Of a stretch of 64,000 nt of DNA, positions 43,961 to 57,428 are shown in pieces. The notes beneath the pieces were generated by a model, which saw only the letters and a program-made list of their open reading frames with translations, was not told where the DNA came from and searched no databases. The position numbers and the translations under genes are program-made. Every line of letters starts with the position of its first letter. Positions within the stretch are counted from its first letter, which is position 1. Origin of the DNA: Chrysomallon squamiferum (taxonomy: Eukaryota; Animalia; Mollusca); assembly GCA_012295275.1 (NCBI GenBank), contig CM022665.1, positions 48,360,001 through 48,424,000 on the forward strand, written 5' to 3'.

Positions 43961-43995
<35 letters not shown>

Positions 43996-45638
43996 TGTAG
44001 TAGTAGTAGTTGTAGTAGTAGTTGTAGTAGTAGTAGTAGTTGTAGTAGTAGTAGTTGTAGTAGTAGTAGTAGTAGCAGTATTTCACTATATTAATTGTTT
44101 TAAACTGTAGCCGGGAGTGAAGGTGGATGACTACTGGGAACCTGGCAAGGCTCTGCTGCAGGACCCGACCAAGTTTCTGGAGAGTCTGTTCAAGTACGAC
44201 AAGGACAACATCCCCGAGGAGGCCATCAAACGAATCCAGCCGTACATAGATGACGAGGCCTTCCAGCCCGCCAACATTGCCAAGGTGTCGAAGGCCTGCA
44301 CATCCATCTGTCAGTGGGTGCGAGCCATGCACAAGTACCACTTTGTGGCCAAAGGCGTAGCGCCGAAGCGAGAGAAGCTGCGCATCGCCCAGGCCGAGCT
44401 CGCAGAGACGCAGAGGATCCTGGACGAGGCGAAGGCAAGGCTGCAGGAGGTGGAGGACGGCATCGCAACGCTGCAGGCCAAGTACGATGACTGCGTGAGG
44501 AAGAAGGAAGAGCTGGAGTTCAAGTGTGCCGAGTGTGAGGCCAGGCTGACTAGAGCTGACAAGGTGAGTTGATGTTTTTTAAATCAGTAATCTATAAGTA
44601 ACGGTCAGACTGTGTACCTGTCTGTGTGTTTATTATGTGTGAGGCCAGGCTGACTAGAGCTGACAAGGTGAGTTGATGTTTTTTTAAAATCAGTAGTGTG
44701 TAAGTTTATTTATTATAAGAAAACACTGTGTACCTGTCTGTGTGTGTGGAAGTGTGAGGCCAGGCTGACTAGAGCTGACAAAGTGAGTTTGTTATCATTA
44801 AAATCAGTAGTGTGTAAGTAACACTCAGACTGTGTACCTGTCTGTGTGTGTTTATTATGTGTGTGTGAAAGTGTGAGGCCAGGCTGACTAGAGCTGAAAA
44901 GTGAGTTGATATCTTTTAAAATCAGTTCAAGTGTACCTGTCTGTGTGTGTTTATTATGTGTGTGTGTGTGTGTGTGAAAGTGTGAGGCCAGACTGACTAG
45001 AGCTGACAAAGTGAGTTGATATCTTTTAAAATCAGTAGTGTATAAACAACACAGACTGTGTACCTGTCTGTGTGTGTTTATTATGTATGTGTGTGTGTAT
45101 GTGTGTGTGTGTGAGGCCAGACTGACTAGAGCTGACAAAGTGAGTTGATATCTTTTAAAATCAGTAGTGTGTACGTAACAGTCAGACTGTGTACCTGTCT
45201 GTGTGTGTTTATTATGTGTGTGTGTGTGTGTGTGTGAAAGTGTGAGGACAGACTGACTAGAGCTGACAAAGTGAGTTGATATCTTTTAAAATCAGTAGTG
45301 TGTACGTAACAGTCAGACTGTGTACCTGTCTGTCTGTGTGTGTGTGTGTGTGCCGAGTGTGAAGCCAGACTGACTAGAGCTGACAAAGTGAGTTTGTTAT
45401 CATTAAAATCAGTAGTGGGTAAGTTTATTTATTATAAGAAAACACTGTGTACCTGTCTGTGTGTGTGTCAAAGTGTGAGGACAGACTGACTAGAGCTGAC
45501 AAGGTGAGTTGGTATCTTTTAAAATATAGTTTTTATATTAATTTATATCATTTATGTTAAATATACAGTGTAGGTAACAGTAGTGTGACATAGACTGTGT
45601 ATGTGTACACGTGTTATGTTCATGTGTGTGAGACTGAG

Positions 45639-45674
<36 letters not shown>

Positions 45675-48600
45675 AATAACAACAATAATAATAATAACAA
45701 CAACAATTTTCAGATACACCTAATTCGAAACATGGCTGATGAGAATGGAAGATAAAAATAACAATAACAATAATAATAATAATAACAAAATAATGTGTTT
45801 TCTTGTACAGCTGATTGGAGGTCTGGCTGATGAAAAGGGGAGATGGAAGGAGTCAGTAGAGCGTCTGGAAAACATCATTGACAACATCGTGGGCGACATC
45901 CTCATATCGTCTGGGTTTATTGCCTACCTGGGACCATTTTCAGTGAGTTTCTATTCACTTTGTTTTGTATCTTTTTGGAGTGAGTTATGTTTTATTTTTA
46001 TTTATTTATTTTTATTTTCATTTTTTTTTTTGATGGGTGTCATAACAGGTTTATAGTCAAAGACTAGTTACTTGAATACTGAGATATGTTTTAAAAGATT
46101 TATGACAATAGAAAATTTACTTCATCCTCATTTTTAATTTATAACATTTTTCTTCTTTGTTTTCTTTTTTTTTTTATTTCCACACAGATTAAAAAAATAA
46201 TCTGTTTATTTTTAAAATATCAAATCATTTATCAATTTTCATCTGTGATTAGAAATAAGTTTATAAATGTTGACTGTTTGTGTTCCAGGGTGAATGTTAG
46301 TTTAGAAAAGTTGACTATCTGTGTTCCAGGGTGAATATTAATTTATAAATGTTGACTGTTAGTGTTCCAGGGTGAATATTAGTTTATAAAGTTGACTATC
46401 TATGTTCCAGGGTGAATATTAGTTTATAAATGTTGACTGTTAGTGTTCCAGGGTGAATATTAATTTATAAAGTTGACTGTTTGTGTTGCAGGGTGAGTAC
46501 AGGGCAGACATGCAGGCTGAGTGGATTGTCCAGCTGGACAGGTACAAAGTGCCCCGGACAGAGGACCCCAGCCTGGTGTCCACTATGAGTGACCCGGTCA
46601 AAGTGCGCAGCTGGCAGATTGCAGGTCTGCCTAAAGACAGCTTGTCTGTGGAGAACGGGGTCATCGTCCAGTTCTCCAGCCGCTGGCCACTCTTTATTGA
46701 CCCACAGGGCCAGGCCAACAAGTGGGTGAAAAACATGGTGAGTCAGCACATACCACGCTTTTATGTAAATCTACAACAGAGCGAAATAAACTGTTACATA
46801 TGAAAATATAAACTCTACTCCCATTTTATTTTGGCGAGTTCTGCCCCTGACAGTTACCAGCAGTAAATAGTCTAAATACATTCTCTTACCTCAACATACA
46901 AACTTTCCTAATTATAAAGTATAATGATATAAAAAAATTATTTCAAGAAATTAATTGTCTTTTTCTTTATGTTTAATCATGAATAACTTGATTTTTTTTT
47001 TTTAATTGTTTTTACTAAAAGCCAAACTTTACTGCTAATAAAGTATAACAATATGAAGTTTCTAGACATTTTTTTTCTTTTGTGTCTAATTATAATAAAT
47101 TATGGAATTTTTATTTATTTATTATTATTATGTTGTTGTTTTTTGTGCTAAAAGCCAAACTGTACTTTTAATAAAGTATAGAAATAATAAGTTCATACAG
47201 ATTTCTTTTCATGTCCAATCATGAAAGATGGAATTTGTTTTTTTATTTTTTAAATTAAAATCCAAAGTATAAAAATAAAAGTTTCTAGAGATTTATAATC
47301 CTTTCTGTCCAATGAAGAATAATGGAAGATAATATTTAACATTTGTTCACTGTAGAAAGAGACATCACAATAAAACTCATCAGTTATATGTAGATATATT
47401 TTTAATAAAATTGATATAACAGTGTTATAAGTTTGTGACTGTGTTGTTGTAACTCACAGGAACGTGACAACTCGCTGGATGTAATAAAACTTTCTGACAG
47501 GGATTTTCTCAGAAGTTTGGAGAATGCTGTTAGATTTGGAAAACCTTGTCTTCTGGAGAACATTGACACAGAACTTGATCCAGCCCTGGAACCCATTCTC
47601 CTCAGACAAGTATGCATTTAAAATATTAGTATTGTCTATACTTAGACAATTAAATATTAGTATTGTGTCTAATACTTAGACAATTAAATATAATTTAGGT
47701 TAATTTAGGCTTTAAATATAGTTTATAGTTAATTTAATATTAATACAGTTTATACTAGAGCAAATAAACATTTATATAGATTATATTTAAATAGGTTAAT
47801 ATTAATATAGTTTTTATTTAGGTTGGTATTAATATAGTTTATAGTTTGGTTAATATTAATACAGTTTATATTCTTAATATAGGGTTTTTTCTTGGACAAG
47901 TAAATATTAAAGTATTTTAGAAAATTAAAATGAATATGGTTTAAGCTCAGCAGGTAAATATTAATATATATATATAGTTTATACTTAGACAAGTTAATAT
48001 TAATATTATTAATACTTTGCAAAAAATATTAATATAGTTTGTAATTAGATAAATTAACATTAATATTGTTTTACTTAAACAAACTAATACAAGTTTTGTT
48101 AATTAGACAAGTTTAAAAATAGTAATATAATTTATACATAAAAAGGTTAACATTAATATAGTTTATATTCAAAACAAATTAATAGTAATATAAAAAAAAG
48201 TAAATATTAATATAATTTATACTTAAAAGGTTATTTTTATTACAGTTTATATTTGGTAACAGGTTAATAGTAATATAATTATACACCAAAGACAAAATAT
48301 ATATTGATAGTATAAATTTTACTTTATTATTTTTTACTATGTAGGTATCTTTTAATAAATGAATGTTTATAGTTTTTACTAAAACATTTTAATTATAATT
48401 ATCTTACAACAAATGAATGTTAAAAATATTAGTAGTAAATTTTATGAGAACATTTAAATTTTCTTATTAACAAATGAATGATAAAACTTTTACTAGTAGA
48501 ACATTTTACTGTTTCACTATATAAGTATCTTATTAACAAATGAATGATAAAACTGTTAGTAGTAAATTTTACTGAGAACATTTCACTATATAAGTATCTT

Positions 48601-51600
48601 ATTAACAAATGAATGTTAAAACTGTTTGTAGTAAATTTTACTGAGAACATTTCACTATATATGTATCTTATTAACAAATGAATGTTAAAACTCTACTTAA
48701 CACTTCCAAGGTGGGCTATGTAAGTATATTACTGAAAAAAACTTTCACAACTGAGTAATGACAGATTTTCACAGATAACTCATTTGTCTTATCGCATGTT
48801 ATTATTTTAAATAATTAAATATTAGAATCACAGAGAAATAAGTCACCAGTATGTATGATAGTTATGTTTTATGACAAAAATCATTGTTTTTTTAATCACT
48901 TTTCACCTTGTTTTTGAGAATGTACCATTTATGTTGATGTTATTACATTCAGACATTTTTGAGTAATAGAAAGCAGTTGTTTTTGGTGATTTCATGAAAT
49001 GACTGAACATTTTAGGCATGACATGAAATGACTGGTTTCACAGATGACTGAATATTTCAGGCATTTCAAATAATGATTAGTTTCACAGATAGACTATAAT
49101 ATGTATCTATATCTATATATATATATATATATATACAATTTTTGCAATAATACTGCATAATGGATTACAAAGAGAACAAAATTTTCTAATTTTGTGATGG
49201 TAAAAGACAAAAGTGTAATGAGATTCATGTCACATTTCACAATTTTAAAATTCACATTGATGTACAGTTTGTGGTAACTAGGATTTTAATTTTAAAAAAT
49301 TTTTTTTTTTTTTTTTTTTTTTTCTTTTGTGGTCTTTCTTTTAATTTTCCAAATATTTATTTGTTTTATTTTATTTTATTTTATTTTATTTTATTATTTT
49401 TTTTTTTTTTTATTTGTTTATTAATTTATTTATTACTTCTAATAACTAAGAAAATAATTAAAAAACTGATTTATAATAAAAAAAAATTCAAGATTTTAAT
49501 ATGTTCAGAGTTCGTAGTAAATATTTAGTTTGTTCAGTGAATCAGCTAAAATTTTTATTGTCTTCAGTAAAAACAAACCCCAAAAACCAAGAAAATCAGC
49601 TTTAACAATTATATGTATTTTAATTCCATCTATGAAGTTGTGTATTTTATTACTTACAATGACTGTGATGATTTTTCTCAGACGTTCAAACAACAAGGCA
49701 GCACAGTGATCAAGCTGGGTGACGCTGTCATCCCCTACCACGACGACTTCAAGTTCTACATCACAACGAAGCTGCCGAACCCACACTACACCCCGGAGGT
49801 GTCAACCAAAGTGACCCTGGTCAACTTCACTCTGTCTCCAAGGTGAGTCTCACCTCAGTTTCAAAACCTTGTTACAATAAAACAAGAACTTTTTCAATAG
49901 GCAGAACTTGAACACATCATGTGTGACTGAAATATTTGTCTAGTTTATACAGTAATATTTATTTTCAGTGGTTTAGAAGGTAATATTGTATTATATATTA
50001 CTGTGGTATATAATGTAATATATTATTGTATTTTACAATGGTTTAGAAGGTAATATTGTATTGCATGTTACAGTGGTTTAGAAGGTAGTATTGTATTGCA
50101 TGTTACAGTGGTTTATAAGGTAATATTGTATTGTATATTACTGTAGTATATAAGCTAATACTGTATTGTATATTACAGTGGTTTAGAAGGTAATATTTTA
50201 TTGTATGTTACAGTTATATACAAGGTAATATTGTATTGTATATTACTGTGGTTTATGAAGGTATGTTAAGTATATAAGGTTATTTGTATTGTATGTTACA
50301 GTGGTTTGGAAGATCAGCTGCTGGGAATTGTGGTGGCTGAGGAGAGGCCTGACCTGGAGGAGGCAAAGAACCAGCTGATTGTCAGCAATGCCAAAATGAA
50401 ACAGGAACTGAAGGAGATAGAAGACAAAATTCTGTACAGACTGAGCTCGTCTGAAGGCAGTCCAGTTGATGACATTGATCTGATCCACACTTTAGAAGCA
50501 TCTAAAATAAAATCTATGGAGATCAAGGTTTGTCTGGTTAATTTGTCACTTCACACACTGAGAATGTTTCAGAATCTAAAACATTTTAAACAGACGAGAC
50601 TGCAAAACACACAACATGCAGTCATGTCTCTTTACCCATTTTTGTCAGCAATAAATAAAAAGTTTTAAACAGATAACAGCATAATACACACAAGTTAAAA
50701 AAAAAAAAAAATGTCTTAAATGATTTATAGAGACAAAGTTTTTTTATTTGATTGGACAAAGATATAATAACTATATAAAGTTTATTATTTGACTAGTTAT
50801 TACTATAGAAAATCACTGCATAAACTCTATGCAGAAAAATGACTGTACAAAGTTGTTACTAGGACAAAGATATAATCACTAGTTCTTACTATAGAAAATC
50901 ATACACTCTCTGACTAATTTGTGCAGGAAATGACTGTACAAAGTTGTTACTAGGACAAAGATATAATCACTAGTTATTACTATAGAAAAATGACTGTACA
51001 AAGTTGTTGTGTTTCAGGCGAAGGTTGCTGTGGCTGAGCAGACGGAGAAGGACATTGACCAGACCCGCAGTCAGTACATCCCAGTCGCAGTGAACACACA
51101 GATCCTCTTCTTCTGTGTGGCTGACATGGCCAACATTGACCCCATGTACCAGTACTCACTAGAGTGGTTCATCAACATCTTCCTCGGGGGCATCTCTAAT
51201 GCAGAGAGAGCAGGTTAGTTCATTTTAAACAGTGATAGAGCAAGTTAATTAGTTCTAAATAGAGGTTAGTTCATTTTAAATAGAGAACAAGTTAGTTCAT
51301 TTTAAATAGAGAACAAGTTAGTTCATTTTAAATAGAAAGAAAGTTAGTTAGAGACAAGTTAGTTAGTTTTAAATAGAGAAGAAGTTAGTTTGGACAAGTT
51401 TTAAAATAGAGAACAGGTTAGTTTGGTTTTTAATAACAGATCAGTTAATTTTAATATGAGATACAGTTAATTTTTAAATGAGAACAAGTTAGTTAATTTA
51501 AATAGAGAACAAGTTAGTTAATTTAAATACAGGTTAGTTAATTTTAAATAGAGCAAGTTAGTTTAAATAGAGAACAAGTTAGCTGGTTAATGTTAAATGC

Positions 51601-54600
51601 AGTTAAAATAAGCCTGGGCAAAACAAAATTTTATAAAACCTTAAAGTAGAACATGCTATATTAAAATGTCATTGTGTATTAGAATTATTTTCATTTGTTT
51701 TTTAGTTATCGACAAACAAAGTTGATAAATAATAACTTTATTACAATCGTTAGAGTACAACATATGTTATTATTTTAACAATGCATACAAGAAATATTTT
51801 GATGGTAGGATTTCAGAAGAAATGGAGTCCTATCATTACAAAATAAAACCAAAGCAAAAAATGAAAAAAATATTAAAGAAACAATGAAATGACCAAAAAA
51901 TACTTTGTTGAAAGAAGTTGAACAAAGAATGTTTACTTCTTCTCTCTGTATAGTTGAAGTAAATTTAAATATTTGTTTCATTATTTTCAAACACAGTGTT
52001 ATAAAGTTGACAGTACAAGATGCATTATTAATACTTCTTCTGTTTCTGAGGTTGAAGTAAATTTAAATATTTTTCATCATTATTTTCAGACACGATACCG
52101 AAACGTATTGAAAACATCAACAAGTTCTTCACATTCAGCTTGTACAGCAACGTCTGTCGCAGCTTGTTTTAAGAAACACAAGCTGCTGTTTGAGAAACAT
52201 CAAGATGCACTGGACTCTTCGACATGGTAAACACCATCTCTTTGTTTACTTAGTAAACATCATTTAGAATCAAGATGCATCATTTAATTGTTTACAATGG
52301 ACTCATCGACATGGTAAAAACATCATTTAAACATTTAATTGTTTACATAGAAAACATCATTTAATTGTTTATATAGTAAACTCATTGACATGATAAACAT
52401 CATTTAATTGTTTGCATAGTAAACTCACCAAAATGATAAACATTATTCAGTTGTTTCCATTGACTCTTTGACATGGCATACATTATGTAATTGTTTATAT
52501 ACGTGCTCATCAACATGGCAAACACTGAAGAAGATAAAATATTATATTCCAACATTTACTGTTATGCATATGTATGTTAGTGGTTTTTTTGTACATTGTT
52601 AACCTTGTTGTTAAATGTGTGTGTTAGGATGAGTGGAGGTTTCTGATAGCTGGAGGAACAGTAAAGCCAGAAGAACTAGAAAACCCTGCACATGAGTGGT
52701 TGTCTGAGAGATCCTGGAATGACATACTCACCCTTCCAGCGCTTCCAAAGTTTGCTGAGTTTGCTAAAGACTTTCAGAACAACCTCGACGGATTCAAAGT
52801 AATCTTTGACAGTCCAGAACCTCACAGGTTTGTTCTCAGATTTCAGTTTATAACTTTTTAGTTGATTATCTGCTTTCTGTTTAGTGTTAGTTTCAAAAAA
52901 ACATTTATTTAATAACGCCAGGGAAGACTTAATTCATTTTCTGAACCTACTGAATCACATTTATTATTTTTCTGTCTACAGCTATAAGATATCTGTACCA
53001 TTTATTTAATAGCACCATTGAAGACTTGATTCATTTTCTGTTTTATATATATTGGCATATTTTCAGACATAATCTTTTTTACATATGTGTTTTCTCATTG
53101 TCTGAATTACCATTGTTAAGCATCCTCAGGTCACTTTGATGACTAATCCAAGTTTAACCAAGATGTACATACATCTCACTAAAACTCATACATCTTATAA
53201 TTAATTGTTAGTGAACTGAGCAAAATTCTCAATTTTTATTAAAATAAAATAGTTGAAAGTTGTTAAATTGTATTAGTGAACTAAGTAAAATCTGTTTTAT
53301 TAAAATAAAATATTTGTTAAGTTATCTGACACAGTAAAACTGTTTTAACGTCACAGAGAGCAGCTGCCTGGTTCGTGGGCAGAAAGTCTGGACAAGTTCC
53401 AGGCAATGATTGTCCTCAAGTGTCTCAGACCAGACAAAGTGTCAGATGCAAACTGTCTCATTGCATGAGCCACAGGACTTAGTGTGTTTGTTTTGTAAAA
53501 AAGAGTTTACTGTTGTGTTGTGTGTACAAAGATTCATAGAGCCACAGGTACTTAGTGTGTTTGTTTTGTAGAGAGAGAGAGAGTTACTGTTGTGTTGTGT
53601 ATAGACAAATAATTATGTTTTGAATGTAAAGGTGTACATAATATAGAGAGAGACATTTAATTGTAATATTTATAGAAGTACTTGATTATTTCATTCAGTG
53701 TTACACATTTAAATATTACATTAATAGAGATGTAGTAATTATTGTGTTGTTTATAGACACTTGTAATTATTGTGTTGTTTCTGTTGAGAGAGTTTATTAT
53801 TGTGTTGTTCATAGACACAGTTTCTTATTAATGTTTTTGATTAATGCATCATTTATAGAAACACAGGTAATTATTCTGTTGTCTAAATGTTTCAGACATC
53901 TGACCTTCACCTGGTATACAAGGACTCCTCACCCACCACACCCCTTGTGTTCGTCCTGTCCCAGGGAACTGACCCTGCAGCTGACCTCTACAAGTTTGCT
54001 GAAGAGATGAGATTTTCAAAGAAGCTGTCAGCCATCTCACTGGGACAAGGACAGGTTAATTTATTTTTAATATTTTAAATCTTCTATCATGAGACACTAG
54101 TTCAAAACTAAAACTCACTATACAGCTGAAATTTCAAAGCATTCTGACTGAAATTTTCATCATTATTGTTTTATCATGTTAAATATTTTTTTTTAACACA
54201 GATGTTAATTCTTGTAAATTACTTTGAGTTTTTTTTATTGTTATATATTTTTATGTTTGTCTTGTTATTACAAATTATTTCAGATGTTAATAAAGAGTTT
54301 TTCTTTAGTTTAATTTTACATGTTTATGATTTTTATGTAAAGATTTGTCTTGTTGCACATATTTACACTGTTAAACAGCATCTGAAAACCAAGGCAAACT
54401 GTGAAATGAGTTTTTGCCATGTTTTTATATTTTAATTAGTATTTGTCTTGTTATAAACAAAGATAATAAAGACTGAGTTTTGAGTTTTATATGTTTTATA
54501 TATTTACATTGTCTTATTACACACATGTTAATAAAGACTGTACTGAGTTTTACATGTATTTATATATTTTTATATTTGTCTTGTTACACAGGGCCCGCGA

Positions 54601-55120
54601 GCCGAGGCAATGATGCGGAGTGCGATGGAGCGTGGCAAGTGGGTGTTTTTTCAGAACTGTCACTTAGCTCCCAGCTTCATGCCTGCCCTCGAACGCCTCA
54701 TTGAACAGATTGACCCAGACAAGGTCAGATGTACTTTTAACTTATCTTTTACAACAGTGTGCACTAATTATATCCTGTTACAGTCAGAGCTCTAACACTT
54801 AAATATCTAAGATTTTTGCCCGTTTATGGAAAGGTACATATAATGTGTTTTTTTACTGCTAATTGGAGTAACTGACAAATAATAGCAATATGTGGAAAAC
54901 AAATAAATAAATAAAAATAAAATAAATAAATAAATAAACATTTATTTGTTTGTTTTATTTTATTTCATTCATTCATTCATTCATTCATTCATTTATTTAT
55001 TTATTTATTTAATTTTTTTTTATTTATTTATTTTATTTTATTTTATTTTATTTTATATTATTGAATATTATTTCATTTACTTATTTGTTTATTTATTTAT
55101 TTATTTATGTATTTATTTAC

Positions 55121-55155
<35 letters not shown>

Positions 55156-55654
55156 TTTGTTTATTTATTTATTAATTTCTTTATGTTTATTTATTTGTTT
55201 ATTTATTTATCTATTTATTTACATATTTATTTATTTATTTATCTATTTATTTACTTATTTGTTTATTTATTTATCTGTGTGTGTGTTAGGTTCACCGAGA
55301 TTTCCGGATCTGGCTGACGAGCATGCCCAGTGTTCACTTTCCTGTGTACATCCTGCAGAACGGCTCCAAGATGACAGTGGAGCCTCCGCGCGGCATCAAA
55401 GCCAACCTCCTCAAGTCTTACTCCGGCTTCACCGACGACTTCCTCAACGCCTGCGGAGACAAGGTGAGGCTGGTCACAGCTGTAGAAACAGTGTGTGATA
55501 CTTTATTATTAACAAAGTAACTGTGGTGTACAACACTTACAAGATTGTCATTTATGTTTTAAAACAGTGTGTGTGTGTGTGTGTGTCATGCTTTATTATT
55601 AACAAAGTAACTGTGGTGTACAACACTTACAAGATTGTCATTTATGTTTGAAAA

Positions 55655-55694
<40 letters not shown>

Positions 55695-56612
55695 TACTTT
55701 ATTATTAATAAAGTAACTGTTGTGTATATCACTTAAAAGAATTTTGCATTTGAAAACTGTGTGTGTGTGTACTGTGTGTAAAACTTTATTATTAACAAAG
55801 TAATTGTTTTATTAAACACTTTTAGAATATGATTTTAATTTGTTTTTGAAAACAGTGTGTCATACTTTATTATATAATTACCAAAGAAAATTTTTTAAAA
55901 TAACATTTTTAATTTTGAAACTAACAAAATAAAAAATATCTGTCATTTTAAACAATATATAAACTTTTCGGTGTATTTTTTGTTGGAAAAAGGTATGCTG
56001 GATATCACTGAATATGTTAACAATACTGTTGTGTATGTAAAACTGTTGGCTTATTATATTGATGCAGTTAATTGTGTTCTTTTCATTTTAATCATTTTTT
56101 ATTGATGATTTAGATAATTTTTATCTGATTTAATTATAAATATTGGTTGTAACTTTTCAGTGGTATATTAGCAGATAACTTAATTATTTTATTTAATATC
56201 AGTATATTCAGTCTGACAGTAGATTTAAAAATAAGAAAAGTAAAAAATAAATAATAATAAAAATAATAATAATAATAATTTACAGAATTTTTTGCAGCAT
56301 GATTTCCAGGTAGATAAATTCAGTAACTTTTAAAAAATCAGTAAAAGAGATGTTTGTGGTCACAGTGTTTTCACTCACCTGTTTCACCTGTGTAACTTAA
56401 ATTATGTTTTATTGTGTGTTTCAGAAAGACAAGGTAAAATTTCATTAGTTATTTAGTTACTACTTCTTCTTTTTTTAAATTTTTGTCTTTAAATATTAAG
56501 TGACTTCTCTTCCATAAAACTAGTCGTACCTCATAAAACATTACACAGGATGTAGATGCTGGGGTTAGTGGTAGAGTTTCCATGGATCCTAAATAGTTTC
56601 AGCATTGTTATT

Positions 56613-56679
<67 letters not shown>

Positions 56680-57396
56680 ATAATAGTAGATGTGGTGGTA
56701 GAGTTTAACCTGTAGTCATAATAGATGATGACTTACCATTTCAATAGATAAACGAAATCGAAACAAGGAAAATTGTGGGTGGGTGTAAATGATCTAAGCT
56801 AGTAACTGACAAGGTTAACCCATTAATTGGCTTTGTAAGTTACGATCATCATTTCATTATGATAATCAACAAAATTTTAAAAAATTATAAAATTATAAAA
56901 ATAAAAAGATCATTTTCTTTTTCACATCCTGAAATCCAGTTTTATGTAGTTAAAGGGAAATAACTCTGATTACATTTTCTTATTTGCTTTCTGGTTATTA
57001 CTTTATCTTGCATTTTCAGCTTACAGTGCATGAACTGTTATAGTTAGACTTTCTAATGCATGAGGTTCTTATTATTCAGTATTTTATTACTTTTTATTTT
57101 CATTTTTTAAGTTATAAATCTCTTATTTCTTAAATTTTAGTTAGTTTATTTTTATAGATTGTTATTTTAGACAAAACGTTTATTTTAATAAATGACATTT
57201 TTTATGACATCAAAATGCTGAATTTTCATTATCTGCCTGTTACATCTGTCCAGTGAATTAAAACTGAGCATTAAAATATTTAAACCAGAAATAACTGATC
57301 TAAAATATACACTGATAATAATTTAAAAATAAAATCAACAACAATAATATTCATAATAATAATGATAACAAAACAAAAAAAAAAAAAAAAAAAAAA

Positions 57397-57428
<32 letters not shown>

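Noticed and set aside
43891-44110. Poly-Ser, poly-Val and poly-Tyr ORFs (also poly-Leu at 62346-62816 and the FIYL-rich ORFs)
   Set aside because: They come from (GTA)n, (ATT)n and (ATTT)n microsatellites.
36062-53547. Calling the gene a pseudogene because of four broken exons
   Set aside because: The lesions are local, lie beside repeats and look chimeric, while all other exons and catalytic motifs are intact; assembly error is more likely.
9977-54040. Many minus-strand ORFs overlapping exons, suggesting an antisense gene
   Set aside because: They are shadows of GC-rich dynein exons and do not form a coherent protein.
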